DNA of 64,000 nt from assembly GCF_024298765.1 (NCBI RefSeq), contig NZ_CP101210.1; one strand, written 5' to 3'. Under the pieces are notes generated by a model, which was given only the letters and a program-made list of their open reading frames with translations, did no database searches and was not told the DNA's origin. The DNA comes from Escherichia coli (lineage in GTDB: Bacteria; Pseudomonadota; Gammaproteobacteria; Enterobacterales; Enterobacteriaceae). The translations under genes were made by a program, and so were the position numbers. The first letter of the stretch is position 1; each line of letters begins with the position of its first letter. Positions 19,479 through 30,549 of this stretch are shown piece by piece.

Positions 19479-20912
19479 ATGTCTGAATTTGAAGTGTTGG
19501 CACAGCATCTGCTGAAGGAAGCCGAGGCGGAAGAAAAGCTGCGACAGGAAAATGATAAAAAGCTTATCGAGAAAGTGCTGGAAATCTATGATCAGAAGTA
19601 TGTGGCTGAATTACTGAGAAAAGTCGGAAAAAATGAGTGGAGCCGTGAAACCATTAACCGCTGGATTAATGGCAAGTGTTTACCAAAATCGTTGACTTCA
19701 GTAGAAGAGTCTCTTCTGCGTAAGATGCTACCAGAACCACCTGCAAACCATCCGGAATATGCTTTCCGCTTCATTGACTTATTTGCTGGAATTGGAGGGA
19801 TACGGAAAGGTTTTGAGGCCATTGGAGGCCAGTGTGTTTTTACCAGTGAATGGAATAAAGATGCTGTGCGTACATACAAGGCCAACTGGTTTAACGATGA
19901 ACAGGTGCATAAATTCAATCTCGATATTCGGGAAGTCACGCTGAGTGATAAAACCGATGTATTGGAAACGGATGCTTATGCATATATTGATGAGCATGTG
20001 CCGGATCATGATGTGCTTCTTGCGGGGTTCCCGTGCCAGCCATTTAGCCTTGCTGGTGTTAGTAAGAAAAACTCACTTGGTCGTGCGCATGGTTTTGAAT
20101 GTGAAGCACAAGGAACACTTTTTTTTGACGTGGCACGTATTATACGAGCAAAAAAACCGGCAATTTTTGTGCTGGAAAATGTCAAAAATCTGAAGAGCCA
20201 TGATAAGGGTAAAACTTTCAAAGTCATTATGGAGACCCTTGACGAGCTGGGCTACGAAGTTGCCGATGCTGCAGAAATGGGAAAAAACGATCCAAAGATT
20301 ATCGATGGGAAGCATTTTTTGCCTCAGCATCGTGAACGCATTGTTCTGGTCGGATTTAGACGAGATCTGAATATTCACAAGGGGTTTACCTTGCGTGATA
20401 TCAGTCGTTTTTATCCGGAACACCGCCCATCATTTGGTGAATTGCTGGAGCCTGTAGTCGACAGTAAATATATACTTACGCCAAAACTATGGGAGTACCT
20501 TTATAACTACGCCAAAAAGCATGCAGCCAAGGGGAATGGTTTTGGCTTTGGGTTGGTCAATCCTGAGAATAAGGAAAGCATTGCACGCACACTTTCTGCC
20601 AGATATCACAAAGACGGATCAGAAATTCTTATTGATCGTGGTTGGGATATGGCAACGGGAGAGGCTGACTTTATGAATGAGAGTAATCAGGCTCGTCGAC
20701 CACGCAGGCTGACTCCCCGAGAGTGCGCACGCCTTATGGGATTTGAAAAACCTGGAGGGAAACCATTCCGTATTCCGGTTTCAGATACTCAGTCATATCG
20801 GCAGTTCGGTAACTCAGTTGTGGTGCCAGTATTTGAAGCTGTTGCCAGACTTCTGGAACCCTATATCCTCAAAGCTGTTTCTGCTGATGCTGGTAAGACT
20901 GGGCAGCCTTGA
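19479..20912 (+). CDS. ecoRIIM: DNA cytosine-5 methyltransferase, M.EcoRII/Dcm type (predicted CCWGG)
   Basis: C5-MTase motifs [10 protein letters not shown] (I), [11 protein letters not shown] (IV), ENVKNL (VI), [10 protein letters not shown] (X); N-terminus [12 protein letters not shown] resembles M.EcoRII; 477 aa from ATG at 19479 with GGAGG RBS. Confidence 0.9.
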   Translation: MSEFEVLAQHLLKEAEAEEKLRQENDKKLIEKVLEIYDQKYVAELLRKVGKNEWSRETINRWINGKCLPKSLTSVEESLLRKMLPEPPANHPEYAFRFIDLFAGIGGIRKGFEAIGGQCVFTSEWNKDAVRTYKANWFNDEQVHKFNLDIREVTLSDKTDVLETDAYAYIDEHVPDHDVLLAGFPCQPFSLAGVSKKNSLGRAHGFECEAQGTLFFDVARIIRAKKPAIFVLENVKNLKSHDKGKTFKVIMETLDELGYEVADAAEMGKNDPKIIDGKHFLPQHRERIVLVGFRRDLNIHKGFTLRDISRFYPEHRPSFGELLEPVVDSKYILTPKLWEYLYNYAKKHAAKGNGFGFGLVNPENKESIARTLSARYHKDGSEILIDRGWDMATGEADFMNESNQARRPRRLTPRECARLMGFEKPGGKPFRIPVSDTQSYRQFGNSVVVPVFEAVARLLEPYILKAVSADAGKTGQP

Positions 20913-20918
20913 GAACAT

Positions 20919-20941
20919 CTCCCGGCCTTTTAAGCCGGGAG
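20919..20941. terminator. Bidirectional hairpin between convergent methyltransferase and endonuclease genes
   Basis: CTCCCGGC-CTTTTAA-GCCGGGAG, 8-bp stem, located in the 34-bp gap between the two stop codons. Confidence 0.5.
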
Positions 20942-20946
20942 TCAGC

Positions 20947-22161
20947 CTATGATAGTTCAGCGTAAAGCTCTATCAGCTCAGTAATGAATGCTCCGAGCGT
21001 TATTAATTCTTCTCTAACTGCTTCTGGGTATTTTTTATGTAAAGTTGATGGTACAACGAGTCTGACACCCGCATCTTTCATTTCTCGGTATTGTGCTGAA
21101 GAAACACCTTCTTGCAGTGTAAATAAATGTACCTGATGGATTTTATCTGCTTCATTCAGTATCTGACGCCAGCGATCTTTGCAGGTGGTCTTTACTGCCA
21201 GCATACGTAAGTTTTCTACAGGAAATTCAACGTTATGATATGCCTCTGCTGAAGGAAACAGGAAATCTGGTTTTTTATTACCTTCAGTAACTGCCTGAGT
21301 GGAGAAATGCCGTAGTCCGTGCTCGATAAAAAGCTTCTCTAGGTGAAGTTCAAGTGATTTGCCTGCCCTTGATTTACGTCGATTACTGACAGAGTTGGCT
21401 AATGCAATAAACTCATCTACAGAATCGAATCCTTTCTTAATAATATCAAGAACATGTAATTCCTCGACGAGTAGAAAAATATCATACTCGACACGCCGAC
21501 GGTCAATCAGTTGCTCATCTGGATCCTTGGAGTTTTTAGCATAATGGCCAGCAGCATATTGAATAATTTCGTTTCCAGAAGGAAAACGCTTCTTCCAGTC
21601 TTCAGGAATAACATATTTATGATTTACTGGAGTTTGCTGAAGAGACAATCCGCCCAAAATTTGTCCGGCAGGGCCGGAAATTAGGGTTCCAGGTATGATT
21701 TCGCCAATAGCAGACTCGATGATATCCTCTTCATCGGGATTGACGCAGACCCATATATCTACCTCGGAACAGTCAGTGTTCTGTTCGTTTAACCTGAAAG
21801 CAAGAATTGTGAGGGCTCCTGTATTTTCAGGGTTCTGTAATGGACTTCCTCTCCCCCAGCGCGTAATTCTTTTTTCGTTTCGGGTCTTACCAAAATAACG
21901 GTTGTTGTAATAAATTGCGCGTGCTTGGGTATCAGGGCAATCATGGGATGATACATGCGCAGTAAGGAAGACTGAAGGGTTCAGTTCGCGAGTATGATTG
22001 ATAGATGGAAAAAGCTTTTCAACGATATTTGAGGGGATATAAAGTCCGACCTGATGGCCACCTGTTGCGCCTGTGTCGTTTGCAGAAAGGCGTTTGATGT
22101 AGATAAAGTAATTCCCGCTTGCGATATCAAGCAGCCAGTTATGAAAAACCGACATATACAT
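20947..22161 (-). CDS. ecoRIIR: Type IIE restriction endonuclease, EcoRII-like
   Basis: 404 aa, same length as EcoRII; N-terminus MSVFHNWLLDIASGNYFIYIKRLSANDTGATGGHQVGLYIP closely matches EcoRII as recalled; convergent with the methyltransferase. Confidence 0.9.
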   Translation of the reverse strand: MYMSVFHNWLLDIASGNYFIYIKRLSANDTGATGGHQVGLYIPSNIVEKLFPSINHTRELNPSVFLTAHVSSHDCPDTQARAIYYNNRYFGKTRNEKRITRWGRGSPLQNPENTGALTILAFRLNEQNTDCSEVDIWVCVNPDEEDIIESAIGEIIPGTLISGPAGQILGGLSLQQTPVNHKYVIPEDWKKRFPSGNEIIQYAAGHYAKNSKDPDEQLIDRRRVEYDIFLLVEELHVLDIIKKGFDSVDEFIALANSVSNRRKSRAGKSLELHLEKLFIEHGLRHFSTQAVTEGNKKPDFLFPSAEAYHNVEFPVENLRMLAVKTTCKDRWRQILNEADKIHQVHLFTLQEGVSSAQYREMKDAGVRLVVPSTLHKKYPEAVREELITLGAFITELIELYAELS

Positions 22162-22237
22162 CCCTTTGTTAACATACAGTCAGGGTTAACATTTTTCCAT
22201 AGTTATAGATAAGCGGCTAGGAACTTAAGGGAAAAAC

Positions 22238-22263
22238 AAAAAGCCCGCATAAGCGGGCTTTTG
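22238..22263. terminator. Intrinsic terminator hairpin between ssrA and the endonuclease gene
   Basis: AAAAAGCCCGC-ATAA-GCGGGCTTTTTG with A/T runs on both sides. Confidence 0.5.
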
Positions 22264-22389
22264 TGTCACTCGAGAGCCGCGGCTCCTTTGCGTATCCTTT
22301 TTTATCTCCTCACCGTCTGGTCGGTGTCCTGCTGAGACTGCTAACTTCCTGTTTTTGTTGGTGTTGTCCTTACACCGTCCAATCATGAT

Positions 22390-22752
22390 TGGTGGAGCTG
22401 GCGGGAGTTGAACCCGCGTCCGAAATTCCTACATCCTCGGTACTACATGCTTAGTCAGTCTTTACATTCGCTTGCCAGCTGCGGACGGACACGCCACTAA
22501 CAAACTAGCCTGATTAAGTTTTAACGCTTCAACCCCAGGCAGGGCTTCCACGCGATCTCTTTTGGGTTTGACCTCTCTTGATCCCCGTCCTAAGAGCGGA
22601 GGCTAGGGAGAGAGGGCTCTAAGCAGGTTATTAAGCTGCTAAAGCGTAGTTTTCGTCGTTTGCGACTATTTTTTGCGGCTTTTTACGAGGCCAACCGCCC
22701 CTCGGCATGCACCTTGGGTTTCGCAAATCCCGTCGAATCCAGAATCAGCCCC
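22390..22752 (-). ncRNA. ssrA: tmRNA (SsrA), 363 nt
   Basis: Reverse complement matches E. coli tmRNA from GGGGCUGAUUCUGGAUUCGACGGG to CCAGCUCCACCA; tag reading frame encodes ANDENYALAA. Confidence 0.95.
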
Positions 22753-22966
22753 AATGTGTAACGGTAAGTATACCAGATTCATGAGTGCCATGACCAGCCT
22801 CAATGGCGTTATCGTTAAAGATTTAGCACCCATGTAGCCTGATTTTTATTCGATTAAGCAATGGGATGGCAACATTTGGGTCGGATGTGATAGCCAATAA
22901 GATGTGCATTCGCGCCGCCGGAGAGGGAGGCGCGGTGAGGAGCGGATCAATAATTGCAGTGCAGGT

Positions 22967-23449
22967 TTAACGGTGGGCGTTTTTCATGATACGCGCTTTA
23001 TCCACCTGCCATTCGCGTTCTTTGATATCTGAACGTTTATCATGCTGTTTCTTACCTTTGGCGACGCCGATTTTCACTTTGCACCAGGCATTTTTCCAGT
23101 ACAGGGAGAGCGCCACTACGGTATAGCCTTCTCGATTGACGCGACCGTACAATGAGTCCAGTTCGCGCTGGTTGAGAAGTAACTTGCGGGTACGGGTAGG
23201 ATCGCACACCACATGCGTGGAGGCCACAGCCATTGGCGTGATGTTAGCGCCAAACAGAAATGCCTCTCCGTCACGCAGAAGGACGTAGCTGTCGCTGATA
23301 TTGGCTTTTCCTGCACGCAGGGATTTAACCTCCCAGCCTTGCAGGGCAAGTCCCGCCTCGAACTCTTCTTCGATAAAGTATTCGTGCCGGGCGCGCTTGT
23401 TAAGCGCGATGGTCGCTGAACCAGGTTTATGTGCTTTTTTCTTCGTCAT
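22967..23449 (-). CDS. smpB: SsrA-binding protein SmpB
   Basis: 160 aa, matches SmpB; adjacent to ssrA. Confidence 0.95.
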
Positions 23450-23580
23450 AAGCGTCGTGAATCATCGGTAATCTGAAATCGAAAACACCCCATATCAATC
23501 CTGCGGGGGACAAGGCTCTATCTTAGCATGAACCCGATGTTACCCAGCGCCGGGATAGCGTTTTTTTTACAGCAGGATAA

Positions 23581-24057
23581 ATGATATTATTTGTTGGATT
23601 TTTGTTGATGGAAATTGTTATGCCTCAGATTAGCCGGACCGCACTGGTACCCTACAGCGCGGAGCAAATGTATCAGTTAGTGAATGACGTTCAGTCTTAT
23701 CCTCAGTTTTTGCCGGGTTGTACCGGAAGTCGGATTCTGGAGTCCACTCCTGGGCAGATGACTGCGGCGGTAGATGTCTCTAAGGCTGGGATCAGCAAAA
23801 CGTTTACTACCCGCAACCAGTTGACCAGTAACCAAAGTATTCTTATGAATCTGGTGGATGGGCCGTTCAAGAAATTGATCGGTGGATGGAAGTTTACGCC
23901 GCTGAGTCAGGAGGCGTGCCGTATCGAGTTTCATCTCGATTTTGAGTTTACCAATAAGTTGATTGAACTCGCCTTTGGCCGCGTGTTTAAAGAACTGGCG
24001 GCTAATATGGTCCAGGCTTTTACGGTTCGTGCGAAAGAGGTTTACAGTGCCAGGTAA
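23581..24057 (+). CDS. ratA: Ribosome association toxin RatA
   Basis: 158 aa, synteny with smpB/ratB. Confidence 0.9.
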   Translation: MILFVGFLLMEIVMPQISRTALVPYSAEQMYQLVNDVQSYPQFLPGCTGSRILESTPGQMTAAVDVSKAGISKTFTTRNQLTSNQSILMNLVDGPFKKLIGGWKFTPLSQEACRIEFHLDFEFTNKLIELAFGRVFKELAANMVQAFTVRAKEVYSAR

Positions 24058-24337
24058 AATTGCCGTTGAGGTGGCTTATGCGCTACCTGAGAAGCAGTAC
24101 CTGCAGCGTGTGACGCTGCAGGAGGGTGCGACGGTTGAAGAAGCTATTCGCGCCAGTGGCTTGCTGGAATTGCGTACCGATATCGATTTAACTAAAAACA
24201 AAGTCGGCATTTATAGCCGTCCGGCAAAACTGAGCGATAGTGTGCATGATGGCGATCGGGTGGAGATTTATCGCCCTCTCATTGCCGATCCGAAAGAGCT
24301 GCGCAGGCAACGAGCAGAAAAATCAGCGAATAAATAA
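24047..24337 (+). CDS. ratB: RatB (YfjF), GTG start
   Basis: 96 aa from GTG at 24047 overlapping ratA 3' end; ORF-track 23963..24337 is an N-terminal over-extension. Confidence 0.8.
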
Positions 24338-24398
24338 CAGACAGAAAAAAGGTGCTCATTGAGCACCTTTTTTAACGTCTTTGAGAGCAACTTTATGA

Positions 24399-24740
24399 TT
24401 AGTTACCACTCAGCGCAGGTTTATTATCAATATTGGTCAACACCCCGCTACTATTAAAGGTCAGCGTCAGCGTTTGCTGCGTTACACCTTCATGACCTGG
24501 TTGCTGGCGGAAGACATAGAACCAGGTATTCGTACCAAATGGATCGGACATCAGCGGTGTACCCAATGCGTACGCAACTTGTTGTTGCGTCATGCCAACG
24601 CGTATTTTGGATACGTCGTTAGCGGTCAGATAATTCCCCTGGTTGATGTCAGGACGGTAAACCACTCGCTCCAGAGTGGAACAGCCTGCGGTCAACATCA
24701 ATAGTACTGCTGCTGCAGCAGTCAGCGTTTTACAGCGCAT
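24399..24740 (-). CDS. bamE: Outer membrane assembly lipoprotein BamE
   Basis: 113 aa with lipoprotein signal (LTAGCS). Confidence 0.9.
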
Positions 24741-24888
24741 AGTGATTTGATTCCTTTTCGGGCCCGAGCAGTACGTGGCTCATCTGTAATATGCCGATGA
24801 TAATAGACCTTTCATCACTTTAAAACCTTTTGCTTTCCGGTCTTACGGCGTTTTGCTGTTTACTCTGACCGTGAAGCAGGAAAAAAGT

Positions 24889-26550
24889 TTACGCCGCAAG
24901 CAGTTCTTTCGCATTCGCCAGTGTGTTACGTGTGACTTCACTGCCCCCAAGCAGGCGCGCCAGCTCTTGTAACCGCGCTTTTTTATCCAGGGATTGCATG
25001 TGTGTTTCTGTCATCGCACCATCGGTTTCTTTGCTGACAAAATAGTGTTGATGACCACATCCCGCGACTTGTGGCAGGTGGGTAACACACATCACCTGAG
25101 TTGATTCGCCAAGTTGACGCAGCAGTTTGCCGACAACTGCCGCTGTTGGACCGCTAATCCCTACATCCACTTCATCAAAAATCAGTGCCGGGGTTTCCAT
25201 TTTACGCGCCGTGATGACCTGAATTGCCAATGCGATGCGTGACAATTCACCACCGGATGCGACTTTGGCAATAGGCTGCATTGGCTGACCTGGGTTGGTG
25301 GTTACCCGAAACTCAATACGATCGGCACCGTCAGCGCCCAGGTGATGCTCGTCAAATTTAACATCGATCGTAAACTGCCCATGCGGCATTGAGAGCGCAT
25401 GCATACTGTCGGTGATCAGCAGTGCAAGTTCTTCTGCATACTGCTGGCGTTGCTGGTGTAATGCGCGCGCGGTTTCCAGTGCCTGCTGATGATGTTTCGT
25501 TACCGCCAGCGCGAGCGTTTCTTGTGAGTCGGCCTGATCGTCCAGTTGCTGCTGTTCTTCCAGTAGCGACTGGTAATACTGTGGCAATGCCTCAGGGCTG
25601 ACGTGATGTTTACGTGCCAGCGAAATCTGTTTTGAGATGCGCTGTTCAAGTTCAAACAGTCGGTTGGGATCGAGATCCAGACGATCGCAGTAGTGGCGCA
25701 GTTCATCGCTGGCTTCAGCAATCTGGATGGTAGCTTCTTCCAGCATATCAAGTACGCCGGACAGTTTGCTGTCCATGCCAATCAATTCGCTCACCAGTTG
25801 TTTAGCCGTGTAAAGCTGACTTTGCAGGTTTGCGTCTTCACCGTCGGCCATTACTGCCAATGCATTCTGGCTGGTAGTCAGCAATTGACCGCTGTTCGCC
25901 AGACGTTTGTACTCTTCGTCGATTTGCTCAAACTCTCCGGGCTGCGGATTAAATTCGTTAAGTTCTTTTAATTGGTATTGCAGCAGTTCCGCACGGGCGG
26001 CGCGTTCCTGACTTAACTGTTGATGATGCGCGAGGTCACGGCAGCTTTGATGCCACAACTGATAACGTGCGGTCATTTCCTGGAGCAGAGAGGTTTCATT
26101 GGCATAGCCATCAAGCAGGAATTTTTGGTGCTCGGGTTTGGTGAGTAACTGATGGGCGTGCTGACCATGGATCTGAATCAGCAACTGGCCCAGTTCGCGA
26201 AGTTGTGACAGAGGAACAGCTGTACCGTTGATAAAACCTCGTGAGCGACCATCGCTACTGATTACGCGACGAAGCAAACATTCATGACCGTCTTCAAGCT
26301 GGTTTTCTTCCAGCCAGCGCAGGGCCGCTGGCGTATCTTTCAGAGAAAAACGGGCGCACAGGTCGGCACGAGCAGCGCCGGTACGCACCATGTCGGCTTC
26401 AGCGCGACCACCGAGACAAAGGCCGAGGGCATCTATTGCAATAGATTTACCCGCGCCGGTCTCGCCAGTTATTACGGTCATGCCGCTATGAAAATCAATC
26501 TCAAGCTCACGAACGATAGCAAAGTTGCTGATGGTCAGTTGTGCCAACAT
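24889..26550 (-). CDS. recN: DNA repair protein RecN
   Basis: 553 aa, Walker A GETGAGKS at N-terminus, SMC-like coiled coil. Confidence 0.95.
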   Translation of the reverse strand: MLAQLTISNFAIVRELEIDFHSGMTVITGETGAGKSIAIDALGLCLGGRAEADMVRTGAARADLCARFSLKDTPAALRWLEENQLEDGHECLLRRVISSDGRSRGFINGTAVPLSQLRELGQLLIQIHGQHAHQLLTKPEHQKFLLDGYANETSLLQEMTARYQLWHQSCRDLAHHQQLSQERAARAELLQYQLKELNEFNPQPGEFEQIDEEYKRLANSGQLLTTSQNALAVMADGEDANLQSQLYTAKQLVSELIGMDSKLSGVLDMLEEATIQIAEASDELRHYCDRLDLDPNRLFELEQRISKQISLARKHHVSPEALPQYYQSLLEEQQQLDDQADSQETLALAVTKHHQQALETARALHQQRQQYAEELALLITDSMHALSMPHGQFTIDVKFDEHHLGADGADRIEFRVTTNPGQPMQPIAKVASGGELSRIALAIQVITARKMETPALIFDEVDVGISGPTAAVVGKLLRQLGESTQVMCVTHLPQVAGCGHQHYFVSKETDGAMTETHMQSLDKKARLQELARLLGGSEVTRNTLANAKELLAA

Positions 26551-26635
26551 AGTTGTTTTCCTGTATGAAAAACCATTACTGTTATTGTGTACAGTATAAA
26601 CTGGTTTTATATACAGTAAAGAGGCTGGCGTAAAA

Positions 26636-27514
26636 TTAGAATAATTTTTTTGACCAGCCGAGCTTGGTGCTTAATGTATTGAAATAACTGTAATCTTTCG
26701 GATGAATCAGATTCAGATGGTAATCACAGCGACGAATCAGGACATCTTCACCTTCCTGAATCGGCAGTGCTATCTGGCTGTCGCAACTGATTTCCAGGTC
26801 GTTACGGCGATGCGAAAAACGCAGACGGATCGTGCTGCTGCTGTTTATCACCAGTGGTCGTGCTGACAACGTATGCGGGAACATGGGCACCAGGGTAATC
26901 GCATCCAGAGAGGGGGTCAGAATAGGACCGCCCGCAGAGAGGGAATAGGCGGTGGAGCCTGTTGGCGTCGAAATAATCAGTCCATCGGAACGCTGAGAAA
27001 ACGCAAAGATCTCGTCGATATACACTTCGAACTCAATCATATGCGCCACTTTGCCAGGATGAAGTACCACTTCGTTAATCGCGGTGCTGATGCGTTTCTG
27101 GCAATCTTGCTGACAAACTTGCGCTTCCAGCAAAAAACGTTTCTCGCTGATGTAGTGGCCTTCCAGCACATCGGCTAATTGTTGCTGGGCGTTATCGGGG
27201 TCAAGGTCAGTCAGGAAACCCAGGTTGCCACGGTTGATTCCAATAACTTTAATATCGTAACGGGCGAGTGTGCGCGCCGCGCCCAGCATATTACCGTCGC
27301 CACCAACGACTACCGCGAGATCAGCCAGTTGCCCAATCTCCGCGAGCGTGCCAGTCTTCACATTCTTCAGTTGCAGTTCGTGAGCGATTTGCTGCTCAAC
27401 GATGACCTCGTAACCTTTTGTGCACAGCCAGCGGTAGAGCATTTCATGTGTTGTCAGTGCAGTGGGGTGCCGTGGGTGTCCCACAATGCCAATACACTTG
27501 AAATGATTATTCAT
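26636..27514 (-). CDS. nadK: NAD kinase
   Basis: 292 aa, GGDG motif ([14 protein letters not shown]). Confidence 0.95.
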
Positions 27515-27560
27515 TTTTCCGAGGTCCTTGTTGCGAAGATTGATGACAATGTGAGTGCTT

Positions 27561-27592
27561 CCCTTGAAACCCTGAAACTGATCCCCATAATA
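27561..27592 (+). promoter_or_regulatory. sigma32 heat-shock promoter of grpE
   Basis: CCCTTGAAA (-35) and CCCCATAAT (-10) with 12-13 bp spacing upstream of grpE. Confidence 0.6.
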
Positions 27593-27603
27593 AGCGAAGT
27601 TAG

Positions 27604-28230
<627 letters not shown>

Positions 28231-28284
28231 TTTCTGTTTTCGTAATAATTCACGGCCCTGCATGCGAATGCAGGGCCGTTTTCG

Positions 28285-29547
28285 TTACTCCGCCACACTC
28301 TCGCGCAGCGGTTTTACAGGAAAAACTTTTACCTGCTTAATCATATTGTCCTGTACGTCGAGAATATCGATATCGTACTCGCCAATACGCACGCGGGTGC
28401 CTGCGACAGGGATCTCTTCCAGTGCCTCAAGAATGACGCCATTAACCGTGCGGGCATCATCTTCCGGTAGATGCCAGTTAAAGGCTTTGTTGATTTCTCG
28501 CACGTTGGCGGTGCCATCGATAATCACCGAACCGTCGTTTTGCGGCGTGACCTCTTCGGCAAGTGTTGGCGACATCGAGGTAGTGAAATCGCCGACAATC
28601 TCTTCCAGAATATCTTCAACCGTCACCAGCCCCTGAATGTCTCCATATTCGTTGACGACCAGGCCGACTTTCTTTTTGTTGCGCTGAAACTTGACCAGCT
28701 GTGTGCTGAGCGGCGTACCCTCCGGGACAAAATAGATCTCGTCCGCGGCGCGTAGCATGGTTTCTTTGGTGAACTCTTTTTTCTCCGACATGAGTCGCCA
28801 GGCTTCACGCACACGCAGCATACTGATGGCGTCGTCCAGCGAATCACGGTAGAGCACGATGCGCCCGTGAGGTGAGTGGGAGAGTTGGCGCAGAATCGAT
28901 TTCCAGTCATCGTTGATATCAATACCGATAATTTCACTTCGCGGCACCATGATGTCATCGACGGTCATCTTTTCCAGATCGAGCACCGACAGCAGCATAT
29001 CCTGATTGCGACGGGAAATTTGTGAGCGTGATTCGTGCACGATAGTACGCAACTCTTCTTTGCTCAAAGAGCCGCTAACCACGATATCGGTTTTGATGCC
29101 CATCATGCGCATTAACATGCGGGTAATAGCATTCAGCAACCAGACCAGCGGCATCATCAAAATTTGCAGCGGAGCCAGTAAAAAACTACTCGGATAAGCG
29201 ACTTTTTCCGGGTACAGCGCGGCAATGGTTTTCGGCAATACCTCAGCAAAAACCAGCACGACAAAAGTCAGCACACCAGTCGCAATTGCCACGCCCGCAT
29301 CGCCGTACAAACGCATCCCAACAATAGTGCCGAGCGCGGAGGCAAGAATATTGACCAGGTTATTGCCGATTAACACCAGGCTTATCAGGCGGTCTGGCTT
29401 ACGCAGCAATTTTTCGACGCGTTTGGCCGAGCGATTACCCTGTTTCGCCATATGTCGAAGACGATAGCGGTTGAGAGTCATCATTCCGGTTTCGGACCCG
29501 GAAAAATAGGCTGAAATGACCACCATGATGATCAGAATAATGATCAA
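28285..29547 (-). CDS. yfjD: CNNM/CorC-family inner membrane protein YfjD
   Basis: 420 aa ORF with DUF21 membrane domain, CBS pair and CorC C-terminal domain; true start may lie a few codons upstream at a non-ATG codon. Confidence 0.85.
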   Translation of the reverse strand: MIIILIIMVVISAYFSGSETGMMTLNRYRLRHMAKQGNRSAKRVEKLLRKPDRLISLVLIGNNLVNILASALGTIVGMRLYGDAGVAIATGVLTFVVLVFAEVLPKTIAALYPEKVAYPSSFLLAPLQILMMPLVWLLNAITRMLMRMMGIKTDIVVSGSLSKEELRTIVHESRSQISRRNQDMLLSVLDLEKMTVDDIMVPRSEIIGIDINDDWKSILRQLSHSPHGRIVLYRDSLDDAISMLRVREAWRLMSEKKEFTKETMLRAADEIYFVPEGTPLSTQLVKFQRNKKKVGLVVNEYGDIQGLVTVEDILEEIVGDFTTSMSPTLAEEVTPQNDGSVIIDGTANVREINKAFNWHLPEDDARTVNGVILEALEEIPVAGTRVRIGEYDIDILDVQDNMIKQVKVFPVKPLRESVAE

Positions 29548-29591
29548 CGTAGTAGTAGAAATGTGTTCCAGGGGAAACTCCTTTTCTGGGT

Positions 29592-30383
29592 TTAGCTGAT
29601 TAACTGCTGAAAAATTCGGCTGCCGAAGTAGGCCAGTGTCAGAATGACTGCACCCGCAACGTTAAACCAGACGACGCGGCGTCCACGCCATCCTTCATGA
29701 TAATGTCCCCACAGCAGCACAATATAGACAAACCACGCCACGATAGAGAGCACGGCCTTGTCGATATTTTCCATGCTAAATAAGTTGTGCATGTAGAACA
29801 GGCCAGTGCAAAGAGTGAGCGTTAGCAGCACCACGCCAATCTGCGTGATATGGAACATTTTACGCTCGATACTCATCAATGGCGGCATTTCCTGGTTAAA
29901 TGCCAGCTTCTTGTTCTTCAGTTGGTAATCAATCCACGCCAGTTGCAGCGCGTACAGGGCAGCGATAATTAGCGTGGCATAGGAAAAAAGCGATAAGCCA
30001 ATGTGCACCAGCATCCCCGGCGTTGCTTCCAGATGGGTGATGTATTCATTGGGCATGAAGGTCGCCAGCGCCAGGTTGATAAGCGCAAAGGCATAGACAA
30101 TGGGTAGCAACAACCAGCCACGATTGCGAGAAGCCACAATGGTCATTACCGTACAGATCATCAAACTGACCAATGAACCAACGTTCAGCAGGCTGAGGTT
30201 TTGTCCGCTATCACCGTCGGGCAGGATGCGGGCTTCCAGAGCGATTGCGTGGCAGACCAGCGCAATGACCGCAGAAATAATAGCCATGCGCCGCCAGCCG
30301 CCGTTTTTTTGCAGCAGACCGGGAACAATCAGCGCAAGACTGACGGAGTAGGCGACAAGCGCGAGCAGAGCAAAAACGGGCAT
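29592..30383 (-). CDS. ypjD: Inner membrane protein YpjD (cytochrome c assembly-like)
   Basis: Polytopic membrane protein; start placed at internal ATG to give 263 aa as in K-12. Confidence 0.8.
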   Translation of the reverse strand: MPVFALLALVAYSVSLALIVPGLLQKNGGWRRMAIISAVIALVCHAIALEARILPDGDSGQNLSLLNVGSLVSLMICTVMTIVASRNRGWLLLPIVYAFALINLALATFMPNEYITHLEATPGMLVHIGLSLFSYATLIIAALYALQLAWIDYQLKNKKLAFNQEMPPLMSIERKMFHITQIGVVLLTLTLCTGLFYMHNLFSMENIDKAVLSIVAWFVYIVLLWGHYHEGWRGRRVVWFNVAGAVILTLAYFGSRIFQQLIS

Positions 30384-30549
30384 AGTAATGTCGACAGTTT
30401 GAGCAATAAGAAAGAGAAGCAGTATAGCGTCAGGTGAACGCTGCTCCAACCGTTGCATAACAACAAAGACGCCTTCATGTTATACTGCGGCAAAATACTG
30501 ATGATGTGTCGCGATTGCGGCCAACCGTTTCCACCCCAGGCGAGAGACA

